From NCBI RefSeq assembly GCF_000008305.1, contig NC_006055.1, forward strand, positions 150,001 to 182,000: a stretch of DNA of 32,000 nt, given 5' to 3'. The notes under the pieces were generated by a model. The model saw only the letters and a program-made list of their open reading frames with translations, did no database searches and was not told the origin of the DNA. Position 1 is the first letter of the stretch. The number at the start of each line of letters is the position of its first letter. This stretch comes from Mesoplasma florum L1 (lineage in GTDB: Bacteria > Bacillota_I > Bacilli_A > Mycoplasmatales > Mycoplasmataceae). Positions 20,806-31,533 of the stretch are shown here, piece by piece. The position numbers and the translations under genes were made by a program.

Positions 20806-23346
20806 ATGAAAAAAATATTATTAAGTTTAAGTGCTCTAACTATTGGAGCAACTCCGGCTGTATCATTATTGAATGTTGGTCAAAAACAAGTAATAACTCA
20901 AGTAACTTCAGAAATTCAAAAGAAAATCGATGAGACTTCTGTTTTATTTAAAGCACCAATTATAACTAATGCTCAAAAACAAAATTCAGATGTCACAACA
21001 AATTGATTAAATGATCAAAAAGTAAGTGACATTAGCAATATTAATAGTGCTTTAAGTTATGCAAATTTTAACGCTGAGAAATATGATATGAAATCAGTTG
21101 AAAAAACTTTAAATAAAATTTATAAAGACAAAGATTATAAATATAAAAATGAAGATGCAACATCAGAACTTATATTTGGCGCAGCTGATAAAGGTGTAAG
21201 CTTATTAGAAAATTCAATTGATGATGATGGATTAAAGGCTGAAGGCGTTAACGAATTATTGAATTGAATTTCATATGTTTCTTTTGGAACAGGTTTAGTG
21301 GGTGCGGTTAATGCTAAAAGTATAGATAAAAGTATTTTAAATTTAAATAAAAATATTGAATGAATAGCAGCTTTTAAAAATACTCCTATACCAACATTAA
21401 GTAAATTAAATAATGAATATGATGTCTATACATTCCAAGATTTGCAAGACTTTATAATAATAAGTATAGGAAACTTGCTTTCTGAAGCTAGCGGATTTGA
21501 AGGAGATAGTTTTGCTCAATCTACAGGATGAGGGGGTAGAACAAAATGAAATAACATAGTCAAAAAAGAACTTGATTTAGATACTATGAAAAAAGTTGCA
21601 ATACCACAAAAAAATAAAAATAGCTCAAATGTTCCAAAAGGTCAAACAAGCTGAGATACAACAACAAATGGAAACAATAGAGAATTTTCAATATATGATG
21701 AAAGAAGCATTGTACAACAAGAAACTGATTTTATTCAATCAATAGTAAAACACATAATTAACAGTGGCAACGGATTAAAAATAGAAATGAATTCAAAGAA
21801 TCTTCAATCAATTGTTAATATTGTTTATTCTATTTCTTGATATATTAGTTCATATGATAAATATTCTGTTTATGTTATGCCAAGTGATGATAATTACTTA
21901 TTTTCAGAAACAAAATCAAATATGACAATTTTTAATGAACAAAGAACAAAAACTATTGAGAAAACAGATTTATCAAATAGTTTAAGTGGAATTTTGAGTT
22001 TATTCAAAAGTGTATTTATAAGTAAAGATAGAATGACATCTAATAGAGGTTTAAAAATTTTATTCCAAAATGGTGATAAAACAACAAATAATTGAGGATC
22101 TGAGTTATCTATATTTTTAAGTTTTATAGGTGGAACATGAACAAGAAATAATTTTAATAATGGTTTAAATGCTTTATTAATTGGAGCAATGGCTGGTGTA
22201 ACTAATTCTAAATTACTTGATAATGTTAAAAGTATTGATACTATTTTAACTTTAGTTGGTCTTAACAGAAATTCATTAGGTTATGTTATTGGAAATATTT
22301 TAAATGCAACATTAGCCAATACTAATAGTACAAATGTTTTCTATGGATTAGCAACAAGTACATTAGTGACAATAGTTGGTGGTATAATACCAGACGTTGG
22401 TAAATATTTAGATGAAATTAAAAAAATGGCCAATGACAATGCCTTTGATCATACAATGACAAAATTAGTTTCAACAAAATTAAATGTACTAATGGATTAT
22501 TTAGGTAATGTTATGGATGTATTTTCACCACCAGCTGAAACTGATCCACCTAGAGAACCTTCAACGCTTCCTAATAAATCAATTTTAGAATTTATGAATA
22601 TGGGAGTAATGGGAATAACTGTTGGAAATGTGATATGAAGTGGTTTAAACTTTATTAATACTTCTTTATCTGAAATAATGAAACCATTAGGTCTTCTAGG
22701 AGCTCTATTAAGTGATGACGTATCAAGAAATTATAATTTCTATGTAAAAGATAAAGAAAATAAAGACTCTCTTACAACTTTAGAACTAGAACAATTACTT
22801 GGATATAAACCTGAAGATGTATTTGAGGGAAACACTAAAACATCAGATCTAGCAATTGTTTGATCTATGATGCGCTTTGTTAATACTGAACAAGGAAAAA
22901 ATAAAGTTGTAGGTGTTTCTTTAAAAAATTCAAATGGTACTTCTGAAGAAATAATTTATGGTCATAAAGCATGAAAAATGCTTCTTGGTCTAAACTATGA
23001 TGAAATGAATTATTATGATAATTCATTGTTATATTGAGCAAATGAATTATTAACAAATGGATTAACATCTAAAATAATTCAATGACCTGTAAAAATGACT
23101 AGAAAGTATATTGATTACAATTTGAGCGATATAACTTTTAATAGAAATAAAAAAATGAATTACTGATCAAATAAAGATTTATTCTCAACACAATTTGTAA
23201 GTTATCAAGAAGATTCTAAACAAGAAGTTTTAAATTACAAGATAATGTATAAAGTTAAGAAAGATGTTTATTACACATATAATGTGTCAGTTTATAAAGA
23301 GAATACAAATTCAAAATATAAAATAAATTCATTTAACAGAATATAA
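20806..23346 (+). CDS. exported protein of unknown function, 846 aa, Cys-free paralog of the lipoprotein at 23373-25871 ('A2')
   Basis: Four same-frame fragments join across TGA. The N-terminal signal-like sequence is MKKILLSLSALTIGATPAVSLLNVGQ, with no Cys. An AAAGGG SD is present, and the gene starts 20 nt after permease A. It shares the motifs DDNYLFSETK, KILFQ and WGS, and a Tyr/Lys-rich C-terminal module, with the minus-strand paralog. Confidence 0.8.
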
Positions 23347-23376
23347 AAAATGCGAGTTATTAATTCGCATTTTTAT
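23345..23376. terminator. bidirectional intrinsic terminator shared by convergent paralogs
   Basis: AAAAAATGCGAG-ttattaa-TTCGCATTTTT: an A-run upstream, a T-run downstream and a 7-bp stem. The stop codons of both convergent genes abut the hairpin. Confidence 0.8.
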
Positions 23377-25871
23377 TTTTTATAAAAGGCTTCAATTTGG
23401 TATTTAACATTTATTTCTTCTTGATCACTACTTGGAAGTAATAGTTTAACAACGTATGTATTATTAACTATTCCATTTTTATAATTAATTTCATATGTTA
23501 CGTGACTATCTTTTTTACTATCTCTGAAGTTTTCATAGCTAATCAATTTGGTTTTATAATGAATGTAATTTAAATCTTCTAAGTAAGATTGATTTTGTTT
23601 GTTATCAAAAATATCTGCTATAGTTTTTAAAATGTCATTTATTCCTGACATTATTCCAGTAATCAAATTACCAGTTTCATCGTTTCATAATGTCCCAATA
23701 GAATAAAGTATTGTTCCTGGTCTAAATTGATTATAGTCAATTACACCATTATCAAGTTCTACTCCAAGACCCATTATTCATTTAAGACCATCTTTATTTG
23801 TAAAAGTTCTTGTAGTTTTTAAACCAAACTTATTACCACCTGGTATTGTAATACTGATACCTGTATTATCTCTACTAGAAAGTGCTGTAGCTAATGCTAA
23901 GATGTAAGTATATTCCTTACCTTCTTCATTTTTAAAAATTAATTCTGGTGATATTTTGATTTCACCTAAAGTTTGAAGAGTGCTATTACTATTTACAATT
24001 TTAAATTCAGGATCTAAGAAAAGAGAAGTATCATTGAAAGCATCTGCAATGTTAACTATTTTCGGAGCAACACCTTTACCTAATAATGCAATTAAATAAC
24101 TTGTCCCTTTTGCACCTAGTCTTAATAAATCGCTAAGTTTTAAAGTTTTTGTTAATTGAATATCTATTATTTGTTTTAATGAAATTTTTGGTAATTGAAC
24201 AGGTAAACTATTTTCTAATCCGAAAATTTCCATTAATTTTCTTATGTCTGTATTAATTAAGTACCCTAAAAATTTATTTGTAAAAGGAGCTTCAGAATTT
24301 AACAAACTATCAATTATTGGTTTAACTTTAGTATTAACAGATGTTTGAATAGATGTTATTTGTTCTGCTAAAGGTTTATTTTTTATGAATGATCATTCTA
24401 ACAAGTTTTTTAATGAGTCATCTATTTGTTTTATAAATGTTTCAAAGAAATGATCCATATCAATACCTGTTAAAATAGAACTAATTAAACCTGAAACTAC
24501 TCCACCTATTTGTTCAGAACCCATCCCAATAGAATTTAAGAAATCCATTATTCCACCATCAGGATCAAAAGAAGCAGTATATCCTTTCACTAAACCATCT
24601 AGTGAAGAACTTAAAAATGTATTTAATGCTCCATTTTCTGTTTTACCATTTGAACCTCATTCACCAATTTTAAAATCTAATGTTTTACTTCCAAATTTAA
24701 TTATTTTAGTATTGAAATCAAGTTTTTGATTTTTAACAGTTATATCATCATCAACTTGGAAAAGTATTTTAAAAGTTCTAAGTAGTTTAAAAGATTCTTT
24801 ATCTTTTTCACCAGAAAATAAATCATAGATAAATTGCATTAAACCATCTACATTAGTTGAGTTAATAATTTCTTTGTCAATTTTTGAAGAGTTTACTTGA
24901 TGAATTACTTCTAAGTTAGTTTTATCAGTAGAAAATATGTGATTATCATCCAGCATTTCATCAGAATGTAAATTGTATTCATCAGCTGTAAAATTTTGAA
25001 TATATCAGTTTATTCCAAATAAGGCATTCATAAGTAGAGCTAAGCTTTGACTTGTAAAATTAATTTCAGGTTTCTCAGCATCCTTACTGTTCATTTTTTT
25101 AATTATTAATTTTCAAACACTAGAATTATGTGCATAATATTTTTCATTTATATTATCTTTATTTTCACTAATGACAAAAGGTTTTTCTATTTCAACGCTA
25201 AACAAGTTAGCAACAAAAGAAGTCAATTCATTTGAGAAATAAATTTTTAAGTCTAAATTAGTTTCAACACCTAATTTAATTAATTCATTGTAATTAGTAA
25301 CTTTAACGTCTTTCATTATTTGTAAACTACTTGAAATTTTAGGCATAACTTTTTGAATTGAAGAAATATTATCAGCTTTTAATGAATCTAATAATAAAGG
25401 CAATGCAGTATTTCATAAAGTTGGATCGAAATTCACACCAATTAATTTATAAATCTCATTGTAAGCTTTTTGGATAGTGCTTATTAATTCACTAGCACCA
25501 TTTCCAGTAGCTGGTCTATCGAACTCTTCTTTGCTATATACTTCATTTTTCATATATTCACTTGATTGTTTTGTATCTAAGAAAGTGTCAAATATTTTAG
25601 CCATAGATGTTGTATCTTTTGAATTACTTGTTAAATCCCCAACTTTTAACTTAGAAATATATTTATCAACTGATTGACCATTGTAATCTTCGGAATTGGC
25701 TAAAATAGCACCTTTAAAATAATTAGACGTTGAAGAAATTACTTCTGCTAATTTATTATCTATACTTTTTTGAATTGTATCTATATATTTACAAGATACT
25801 ACCGCCATTGCTGGTGTTGTTGCTAATGAAGCTGCACCAATCAAAGAAATTAATTTTTTCATTCCTACCAT
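23373..25871 (-). CDS. putative surface lipoprotein of unknown function, ~830 aa ('B-lipo'), paralog of 20806-23346
   Basis: Six same-frame minus-strand fragments join across TGA. The N-terminus is M(VGM)KKLISLIGAASLATTPAMAVVSC|KY, with a lipobox VVSC, and that Cys is the only Cys in the protein. ATG 25862 is an alternative start. Size and architecture resemble the large Mollicutes paralogous lipoprotein families; membership is unverified. Confidence 0.8.
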
Positions 25872-25881
25872 AATAAAATAA

Positions 25882-25910
25882 TTTTACACTTTTTGAAGCT
25901 TTTTTACACT
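25882..25910. repeat. direct repeat TTTTACACT x2 (20-bp register) in the divergent promoter region
   Basis: TTTTACACT occurs at 25882-25890 and 25902-25910, in the 102-bp gap between the divergently transcribed lipoprotein and permease B. The second copy overlaps a TTTACA -35-like hexamer, which has TATAAA 17 nt downstream. Confidence 0.5.
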
Positions 25911-25973
25911 AAACATAGATGATTAATATAAAATATATAATATGTGAAAACACTTATAGTTGGGGAAAAAGGT

Positions 25974-28900
25974 ATGAAAATAACATGACTTTTATTTAAG
26001 CAAGGAATAAGAAGTATGTTCAAATTTAAGATTCAATTCATTGTGGTTGTACTGCTTTCTTTTTTTGCGTCTTTTTATTTGGCTTCAACAACAAGCTTAA
26101 ATTCTAGAATGAATAAGTCATATGATGACATTGTAAGAAATTATGAAAAATTTGATTATTCATATTCTACTAAAGCTAGTGAATCAAATTTATCAACATC
26201 AAATAAAACATTATTACCAATCCTGGACTTGATGCCTACTTCAACAAATTATTTTGTTCAAGCTAATAAATCAATTCATGATTCTTTTAATGTTGTTTTA
26301 AATAACCACGGAATTAAAACAGAAGGTTATGAAGAAAATTTAATAACAAAAACATTTTTTGATCAAAACACTGGTAAACCAACACAAGCTATGCAAAATG
26401 TTTGAAACGGTATTCCATGATATAATTCTTGAAAATTTTTCTCTCTTCTAAAATCTGATCCTAATAAAGGTGAGTTTTTATACTACCCACAAAGTTTTAA
26501 AACAAACTTTGGTTCTAATTTAGAAAATTTTGGTGGTGGTGACTACTTTAATGCATACGCTTCAATGACCTATTTAATAGTTAAAGAAATTTCAGATACT
26601 CTTTATAATGAATTATTACTTGATGAACCTAATGAATCATTTGTTCAATCTTTAATTTATAAATATTGAAAAGCAAATGATTTAAAGGTAGAAAAAGATT
26701 TTAAAAAAATTGATGCTCCAATTGATCTTAATCAAACAAATAATTTTGATTGAATTTCAGAATATAAAAAACAAGTATCTAGTTTAGGAGAATTCCAACT
26801 TTATATTTATAATGCTCTAGAATCAATAGGTTATTTTATAACATATCAAATTAACCAATTTTTAAGTAATTCTTATGCAAGAACTGCTAAATCAATTAAT
26901 TTTGATTGAAATATTGCTGGAAGCGATGAAGAAAAATCAAAACTTTATGTAACAAAATTTAATGAAATGGCAGAACAAACACAAGAAATGAAAATATTCA
27001 TGGAATTACATACATCTTCTGGTACTAGCGAAATTACTGGTAAAGATGGTGAAACTGTTGAATCAATTTCAAATTATAATAATGAACTAACTTTTGAATA
27101 TATTTTTGGAACAAACTTGGTTGATCAAACTTTAAATCCTAAGTTTACTGTTAAATATGGTAACGCAGAAAATACTTATCAAATAAAAGGTATGGATAAT
27201 CAAATAATCGGGAGTAATTTAGACGCCAAAAAAGATGGGTTAAGAGGTTTAGCTAACCCCACAACAATTAAAAAAGATGAAGAATACAATGAATATTCTA
27301 TTTCTACAATGAATTTACTAAATCCTTGAGAAAAAAATGATTTAAGTCAAAAATGAGAAAATCAAAATACAGGTAAAAAATATGACTATGAGTATGATGC
27401 ATCAAAATACGCAACAATGTATGATTGATCAAATATTTATTCAAATAATATTTTTCATCAAAAAATGGCTGCTGAAATAAATGATTTGGACTTGTATTTA
27501 AGAGAAGAAGCATTTATGTATGACAGAAATACAAAAACTAATTTTAGATTTGTTGTAACAGACAATAATTACGATTATAACTTCAAAGTTACCGCTGGTT
27601 TACCGGTTATGCATTCAAGTGAAATTGTAATTTCACAGCAATATGCATTTAAAAATGGCTATTCTGTTGGAGACAAAATAAAAATAGGAAACTCAAACTT
27701 TATTATTTCTGGTTTTGGTAGTGATGCACTTACATACTATCCACTTGTTGATCCTGAAGTACCTTTAAGTGACGTTGCAAACTCAGTTATTGTTTATGCA
27801 CCAAAATATGTAATTAACGAAATAATGAAGAATGGTAATGAAAAAGACGTAACATTTACAACTTATTATTTCATTAGAGATAATTTAAAAGATAAAGAAA
27901 CAATTGGCAAAAGAATGTCTAATTTTGATTCATCTCTTTTATCAAATAAATCAAAATTATCTGAAAGTTTTATAGACTCAAAGAATGAAAATTTAAGTTT
28001 TGGAGATAAAAAATCAGCAAATGAAATTAAATTATTTGAAAAAACATATTTTAACTTAAATTGAACACTACAACCCAAAATGTTAGAAATTGTGACAATT
28101 ATTTCAATTGTTACTTCTGTTCTTGTATTAATCATGTCATTTGTTTCAATTGTTTTTGGAATTAAAAAAACAATTGATCATAACTCAAGCCAAATTGGTT
28201 TCTTAAAAGCTAAAGGTGTAGATTCATACAGATTGTCATTATCATATATTGGTTATTCAATAATTTTATTATTTATAATAGTTCCGTTAGCATGATTGGC
28301 AGCAGGATTCTTTCAAGAAATAATTACGAAACTTTTTGCTACGTATTTTTCAACAACATTATATGAATTTGTGTTTGATTATAAAATTTTACTAATTCTA
28401 TTAGTTGTTTTTGGAATTGGGTCATTAATATTGAGTTATTTCATTGCGTTCTTACTAGTTTCAAAAGATGTTATGCAAATTATCAATAAAGAAAGCCAAC
28501 AAAGAAAAGTTAGAAATTGATTGCCAAGAAAATTAAATGTTATTAATATAATCGATTTCAAATTTAGATTCCCACTTAAAATATCATTAAGAGGTTCTAA
28601 ACAAATAGCTATGATAAGTTTTACAGCTTTAATTACAACATTTGTTATAACTTTCTCAGTGCTTACTCCTTCTATGCTTAACGTGTATATAAGAGATGCT
28701 GGAAAATACTATCAATATAATAATCAATATGTGATGCAAGATCAGTTAACTGGATTACCAACAGCTAAAGCTTCATTAACAGCGTCAAGAGGTTTACCTA
28801 CAACAGAAGAACTTTATCAAGAACCAAAAACTCTTTTAGGAACTTCAACAAGAGACCAAATATCTGATATTTACTTTGATAACAATAAGTATTACACAGA

Positions 28901-31418
28901 TTCAAGTTGAGATAGTAGTATATTCCCTCCTATTTTATTAGGTGAAGGATGAACAAATGGACAATGAACAAAAGATGAGTTAAATTGAACTGAAAAATGA
29001 ATATTTGATGAAAATTCTTCAACAAGAGATGACACATCAAAGTTACTAAAAATGGCAATGCCTGTAATTGGTCAATTAGGTAACTTAAACGGGATAACAA
29101 TTTCAGCAGGAGAATTTGAAAAAATATCAAGTTATATCTGAAATGCTGAAATAAATCCAAATACAGGAAAATCATATTTTGACGGTCAACAAATAAACCC
29201 GAATACATTACAAAATATTTGAGAAATGAAGAAGAACTCTGCAAAAGGAAGTATTGAATTTATTCAAATGGCTTTACAAGTAGCTATGCAATCTCTAGCA
29301 AATTCAGAAGATAATGGCCTACCTACTATTGAAAGACCAACAGACACAACTTGAAAAGAAGATTTAATTTTATTAGCGCTAGCATTTTTACCAAATGTAG
29401 GACAACAATACTTAAAAGATTCACCTAATAGAGCTTCTCAATTTGGTATTTCTATTAATGCAGAAAATTATACTCCTGGAATTGAAACATTATCTACAGA
29501 TGTATATACACAAATGAATAATAATTTTGTAAATGTAAATGGATTGAAAGATAACCAAACTGTTTATAATTTAGACTCAATTGATGATGATAAAGTGTTT
29601 ATTAAAGATCAAGAAACAATTGATAAATTAAATGTATTATTTAATGACAAAGAAAATTATACAGGTGGAGATATTTATCTAAATGATGATTTCAAAATAT
29701 ATGATTCAAATACAAAAGTATTGAATATACCTGTTGTAACTAATCTAAAAAGTTATAAACAACAAAACTTAAATAAATCAGTTCCAATTCAAGGAATGAG
29801 TTACAAAACTCTTTCAATTGGAGGAAAAGAAGTTCCTAAAAATGCTTGAATATATGACAATAGAGAAATAACAAATAATAAAAACTTATTTAGTAGTGAT
29901 TTAAATATGAAAAATGAAGAAGATTGAATTAATCCTTCAAAAATAGATCCAAATAAACTAACATATACTAAACAATTTAGATATGATGACAATGGAAATA
30001 TAACATCACTAAATGACCAATCAAAATGATTTATTAATAGTATTGTTAATGATCAATATAATATTGATGGTCTTGATTTTGAAATAAGACCATACTATCA
30101 CTACAATAACTTAAAATTATTTGTGCCTAGAAACTTAACTGATATAGATTCTCTTTTAAATGGAAAAAACGCTAACACAAGTAAAACATCAAAAAATAGT
30201 TCTAGTGATTGAAGATCTAATATTGATATATGACATGGTTCTGTGTTAAGTGTTGATGTTCCAGAAGAAGTAAAAAAAGCTTGAGGTTCTGAATATGCAA
30301 ATCAAACTGAATGAGAATGAATTTCACCATTTAGTTTAAATTACAGTAGAAAAATTACTGATCCTAACAGAAAAGGTTGAATTCAAAATATTGATACTGA
30401 TTTACAACAAATTTACACTTGAGCAAGTGACAAAATTGTCGCTAGTGGATCAAGTTCAGATGCAGTTGTTACTGTTTCAAACAAACTTCCATCATTTTTA
30501 AGTGATGTTAGAATGCAATCTGTTGATACTATTCAAACATACAACGGAAATATTGTTATTGCTGATCAAGATATTCTAAATTTATTAACAAATAAATCTA
30601 CAGAGAAATACTTGCCAGTAGATTATGATTTTTATGGTGCTCCAATTAAACAAATACCAAATGGGCAAATCACAAGTGGTGATCATACAATAACAGTTAA
30701 TTCAATGAGAAATCCAATAGAACAATTAAACATGATGAGAGAAAATAAAACTTTCTTCATGAAAGATGATTTAATGAATAAATATGAAATCACTGACCAA
30801 GAAGCGTATAGAAAAGTTCTACAGAATAGAGATTTCAACTCAAAATTCTCTTCATTTGATGAAGCTTATGGAATAACTGGTGGGGTTAAAGGGATTATGG
30901 TTGATTCTCCAGGTGTATTTGCTCTTCAAGGAAGCACAGATAGAATTGAAGAAACTTTAGGTATGACTTACAATAAAATTGATTTAGTAAGTACTCAATT
31001 GGGTATGATAATAAGCATTAGTGAATCTATCTTACTTGTTGCATTGTTCTTAATTACAGGAATTATAATAATTTCAGTGTTAATAATAACAATTATTTCT
31101 GATGTCTACATTATGAAATATCACCGATTCATGGTAACGATGAAAGCGTTAGGATATTCAAATAAAGAAACAATTATAAACACTATACTTATACCAGCTG
31201 TTATATCAACAATATTTGTATTGATTGGTTATCTTGTTGGTAAATGATTGTTAGGTTCAATGATGATTCAAGCTCAAAAATTCGGAATATTTATTCCATT
31301 GATAACTAATTGATGAGCAACACCATTAATCTTATTAGGTATTATAATTATGTTTGTACTAGCCTTTACTTTCTCTTTAAGAAAACCAATTAAAGATGAG
31401 TTAAAAACATTAACTTAA
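25974..31418 (+). CDS. giant double-FtsX-domain (MacB/type VII ABC-like) permease, 1814 aa ('permease B')
   Basis: ATG 25974 follows a GGGGAAAAAGG SD: MKITWLLFKQGIRSMFKFKIQFIVVVLLSFF.... Nine same-frame ORF-track fragments join across ~34 in-frame TGA (manual count) with no TAA or TAG. FtsX signatures are IGFLKAKGVDSYR (~28198-28232) and VTMKALGYSNKE (~31134-31170). MacB-like segment: SEIVISQQYAFKNGYSVGDKIKIG. The two extracytoplasmic domains are ~660 aa and ~760 aa. Confidence 0.85.
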
Positions 31419-31433
31419 TTAATAAAAAATTTT

Positions 31434-31459
31434 AAAACAGACTTTGTTCTGTTTTTTTT
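31434..31459 (+). terminator. intrinsic terminator after permease B
   Basis: AAAACAGA-ctttgt-TCTGTTTTTTTT. Confidence 0.75.
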
Positions 31460-31471
31460 GTTGTTTAACTC

Positions 31472-31499
31472 TTGAAACCATAAAACAAAAACATATAAA
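31472..31499 (+). promoter_or_regulatory. candidate ligA promoter
   Basis: TTGAAA (31472-77), a 16-nt spacer, then TATAAA (31494-99). An AAAGGAG SD lies at 31523-29. Confidence 0.35.
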
Positions 31500-31533
31500 A
31501 AAGTTTATAATTATATAGATATAAAGGAGCATC

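Noticed and set aside
22880-29992. Minus-strand ORFs inside the accessory genes (22880-23068, 27304-27513, 27866-28135, 28930-29244, 29801-29992) and the plus-strand ORF at 25477-25677 inside the lipoprotein gene.
   Set aside because: They are embedded antisense in long intact table-4 ORFs, have low-complexity composition, and lack start context. They are shadow ORFs.
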